A stretch of 53,691 bases of DNA from Candidatus Colimorpha merdihippi (GTDB lineage Bacteria; Bacteroidota; Bacteroidia; Bacteroidales; P3), in NCBI GenBank assembly GCA_018066145.1, contig JAGHRY010000035.1, forward strand, positions 1 through 53,691, given 5' to 3'. The notes under the pieces are model-generated. The model made no database searches, was not told the DNA's origin, and saw only the letters and a list, made by a program, of their open reading frames with translations. Positions 52,758 through 53,691 of the stretch are shown piece by piece (position 1 is the first letter of the stretch; the number at the start of each line of letters is the position of its first letter). The position numbers and the translations under genes were made by a program.

Positions 52758-52929
52758 GATGATTAGCACTGATGAAGGTCAGCCTATTTGGTTGGACGTC
52801 TGCTTCTGCAAGAATTGTAAACGCAGTAAGCATTGGGCTCATAATCTCGAAGGCAAGCCTTACTTCTGCCTGCTGTGGAACGAGTGGATGTGCGCTAATG
52901 ACTACTGCTCCAAGGGTAAGGAGGACTAG
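52750..52929 (+). CDS. Cys-rich mini-protein (59 aa)
   Basis: Internal ATG of listed ORF 52711..52929, overlapping the upstream stop by 8 nt. Contains CFCKNCKRSKHW..CLLWNEWMCANDYC. Confidence 0.55.
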   Translation: MPKMISTDEGQPIWLDVCFCKNCKRSKHWAHNLEGKPYFCLLWNEWMCANDYCSKGKED

Positions 52930-52949
52930 TGGGTAATTTGAGAGGAAGC

Positions 52950-53691
52950 ATGGGAGGATTGCTCGACATCCGAGAGCTCGCTGAGTTCTTGGAGTCTTGG
53001 TACGACTTGAGCATGAGCGTACCAGAGCAAGCCTTTTGTCCCATGCTTGTCAGCCCGCCGGGCATCGGCAAGACATCCTTTGTCAAGCAGCTTGCTGACA
53101 AGAAGGGTGCCCATGTATTCAGCCTGATTCTATCACAGGCTAATCCATCTGAGGTAGCAGGCATGGTTATGCCTGACCCCAGTGGTGCACATAGGACTAT
53201 CATCTATGACCCGCAGTGGGCAGCTGAGTTGCAGGACGGAGACATCCTGTTTCTTGATGAAGTCCTCAAGGCACCGCAGGCTACCCTTAATAGTTGCCTG
53301 ACTATGATTCAAGAGAGGCGCCTTGCCAGTGGCACTAAGCTACCCAAGGTAGCCATCATCTCTGCTGCTAACTACACACCTCAGGCTCGCACCTATGCAC
53401 CTGAGTTGAAGCAGAGGTTCCAAGTTATTGAGATTGATTGGAACGCAAGGGCTTGGAAAGATTACATGCAAGCTAAGTATCCTTGGTGCGCAATGAATCC
53501 CGAGCGCGACCCGCTTAGTTACTATGTGCCTCGCATTAATCCAGAGGTTGATGGTATCAAGTGGAACCAGCTGTCTCCTCGTGATGCAGAGAAGATGCTA
53601 GTCTGGGCACATGATGCGTGGGGTAAGGAAGACTACGTTAATCGTATCAACTACATTGAGCTGTTGTACGATAAGCGAACCGCCGAATCTA
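52950..53691 (+). CDS. AAA+ ATPase (MoxR/AAA_5-like), 5' portion running off the window end
   Basis: It is not in the ORF track because no stop is reached. GAGAGGAAG upstream. Walker A VSPPGIGKTS, Walker B DILFLDEV, sensor-1 region IISAAN, and ELKQRF (the MoxR-type R). It continues in phase into 1..521. Confidence 0.85.
   Translation, partial: MGGLLDIRELAEFLESWYDLSMSVPEQAFCPMLVSPPGIGKTSFVKQLADKKGAHVFSLILSQANPSEVAGMVMPDPSGAHRTIIYDPQWAAELQDGDILFLDEVLKAPQATLNSCLTMIQERRLASGTKLPKVAIISAANYTPQARTYAPELKQRFQVIEIDWNARAWKDYMQAKYPWCAMNPERDPLSYYVPRINPEVDGIKWNQLSPRDAEKMLVWAHDAWGKEDYVNRINYIELLYDKRTAES
53410..53691. repeat. Terminal overlap copy B (pairs with 1..282)
   Basis: See copy A: 273 of 282 positions are identical. 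Confidence 0.95.

Noticed and set aside
1-53691. Stop-codon reassignment (as in some gut phages).
   Set aside because: ORFs of 2,500, 1,528 and 865 aa and all the motif-bearing genes are intact under the standard code. The only disruption, in the HNH gene, is a frame change and not an in-frame stop.
1-53691. Temperate lifestyle or an integrated prophage with att sites.
   Set aside because: No integrase, recombinase, excisionase or CI/Cro-like pair was recognised. The end repeat lies inside a gene and reflects circular overlap, not attL/attR.

Overview
The window is one complete unit (53,409 bp) of a tailed dsDNA phage genome plus a 282-bp overlap. Positions 1-282 recur at 53410-53691 with 9 substitutions, 6 of them synonymous, inside an AAA+ ATPase gene. 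The molecule is therefore circular or circularly permuted as assembled.

Layout:
- Plus-strand block (47904 -> window end -> 1 -> 13980): about 25 very small early genes, a MoxR-type AAA+ ATPase / vWA pair, a PrimPol-like primase, an SSB with a DADIPF tail, a YqaJ-type exonuclease, one tRNA(CAT) inside about 1.2 kb of structured non-coding DNA, a frameshifted HNH endonuclease, the large terminase and an Hjc-like resolvase.
- Minus-strand block (46948 -> 13958): a lysis cassette (holin plus an amidase with three CW_7 repeats, implying a Gram-positive host), three giant ORFs (729, 2,500 and 1,528 aa), portal, an Ig-tagged major capsid protein, and tail/fibre genes. It looks podovirus-like; I saw no tape-measure or sheath gene.

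Best candidate for something new: the 2,500-aa ORF in the virion block carries an almost cellular beta-prime active site (RLHPLAVKAFNADFDGDNATVHL). That points to a single-chain, probably virion-packaged, multisubunit-type RNA polymerase. The first three early genes are each preceded by a conserved double-hairpin cassette (GGCGCC hairpin - TTAG - covarying hairpin). These resemble the hairpin promoters used by the injected RNAP of phage N4. A 955-bp divergent control region is packed with long-stem elements and operator-like repeats.

I saw no DNA polymerase, integrase, reverse transcriptase or CRISPR array. All functional calls rest on motif recognition by eye. No database search or folding program was run, and most small ORFs remain hypothetical.
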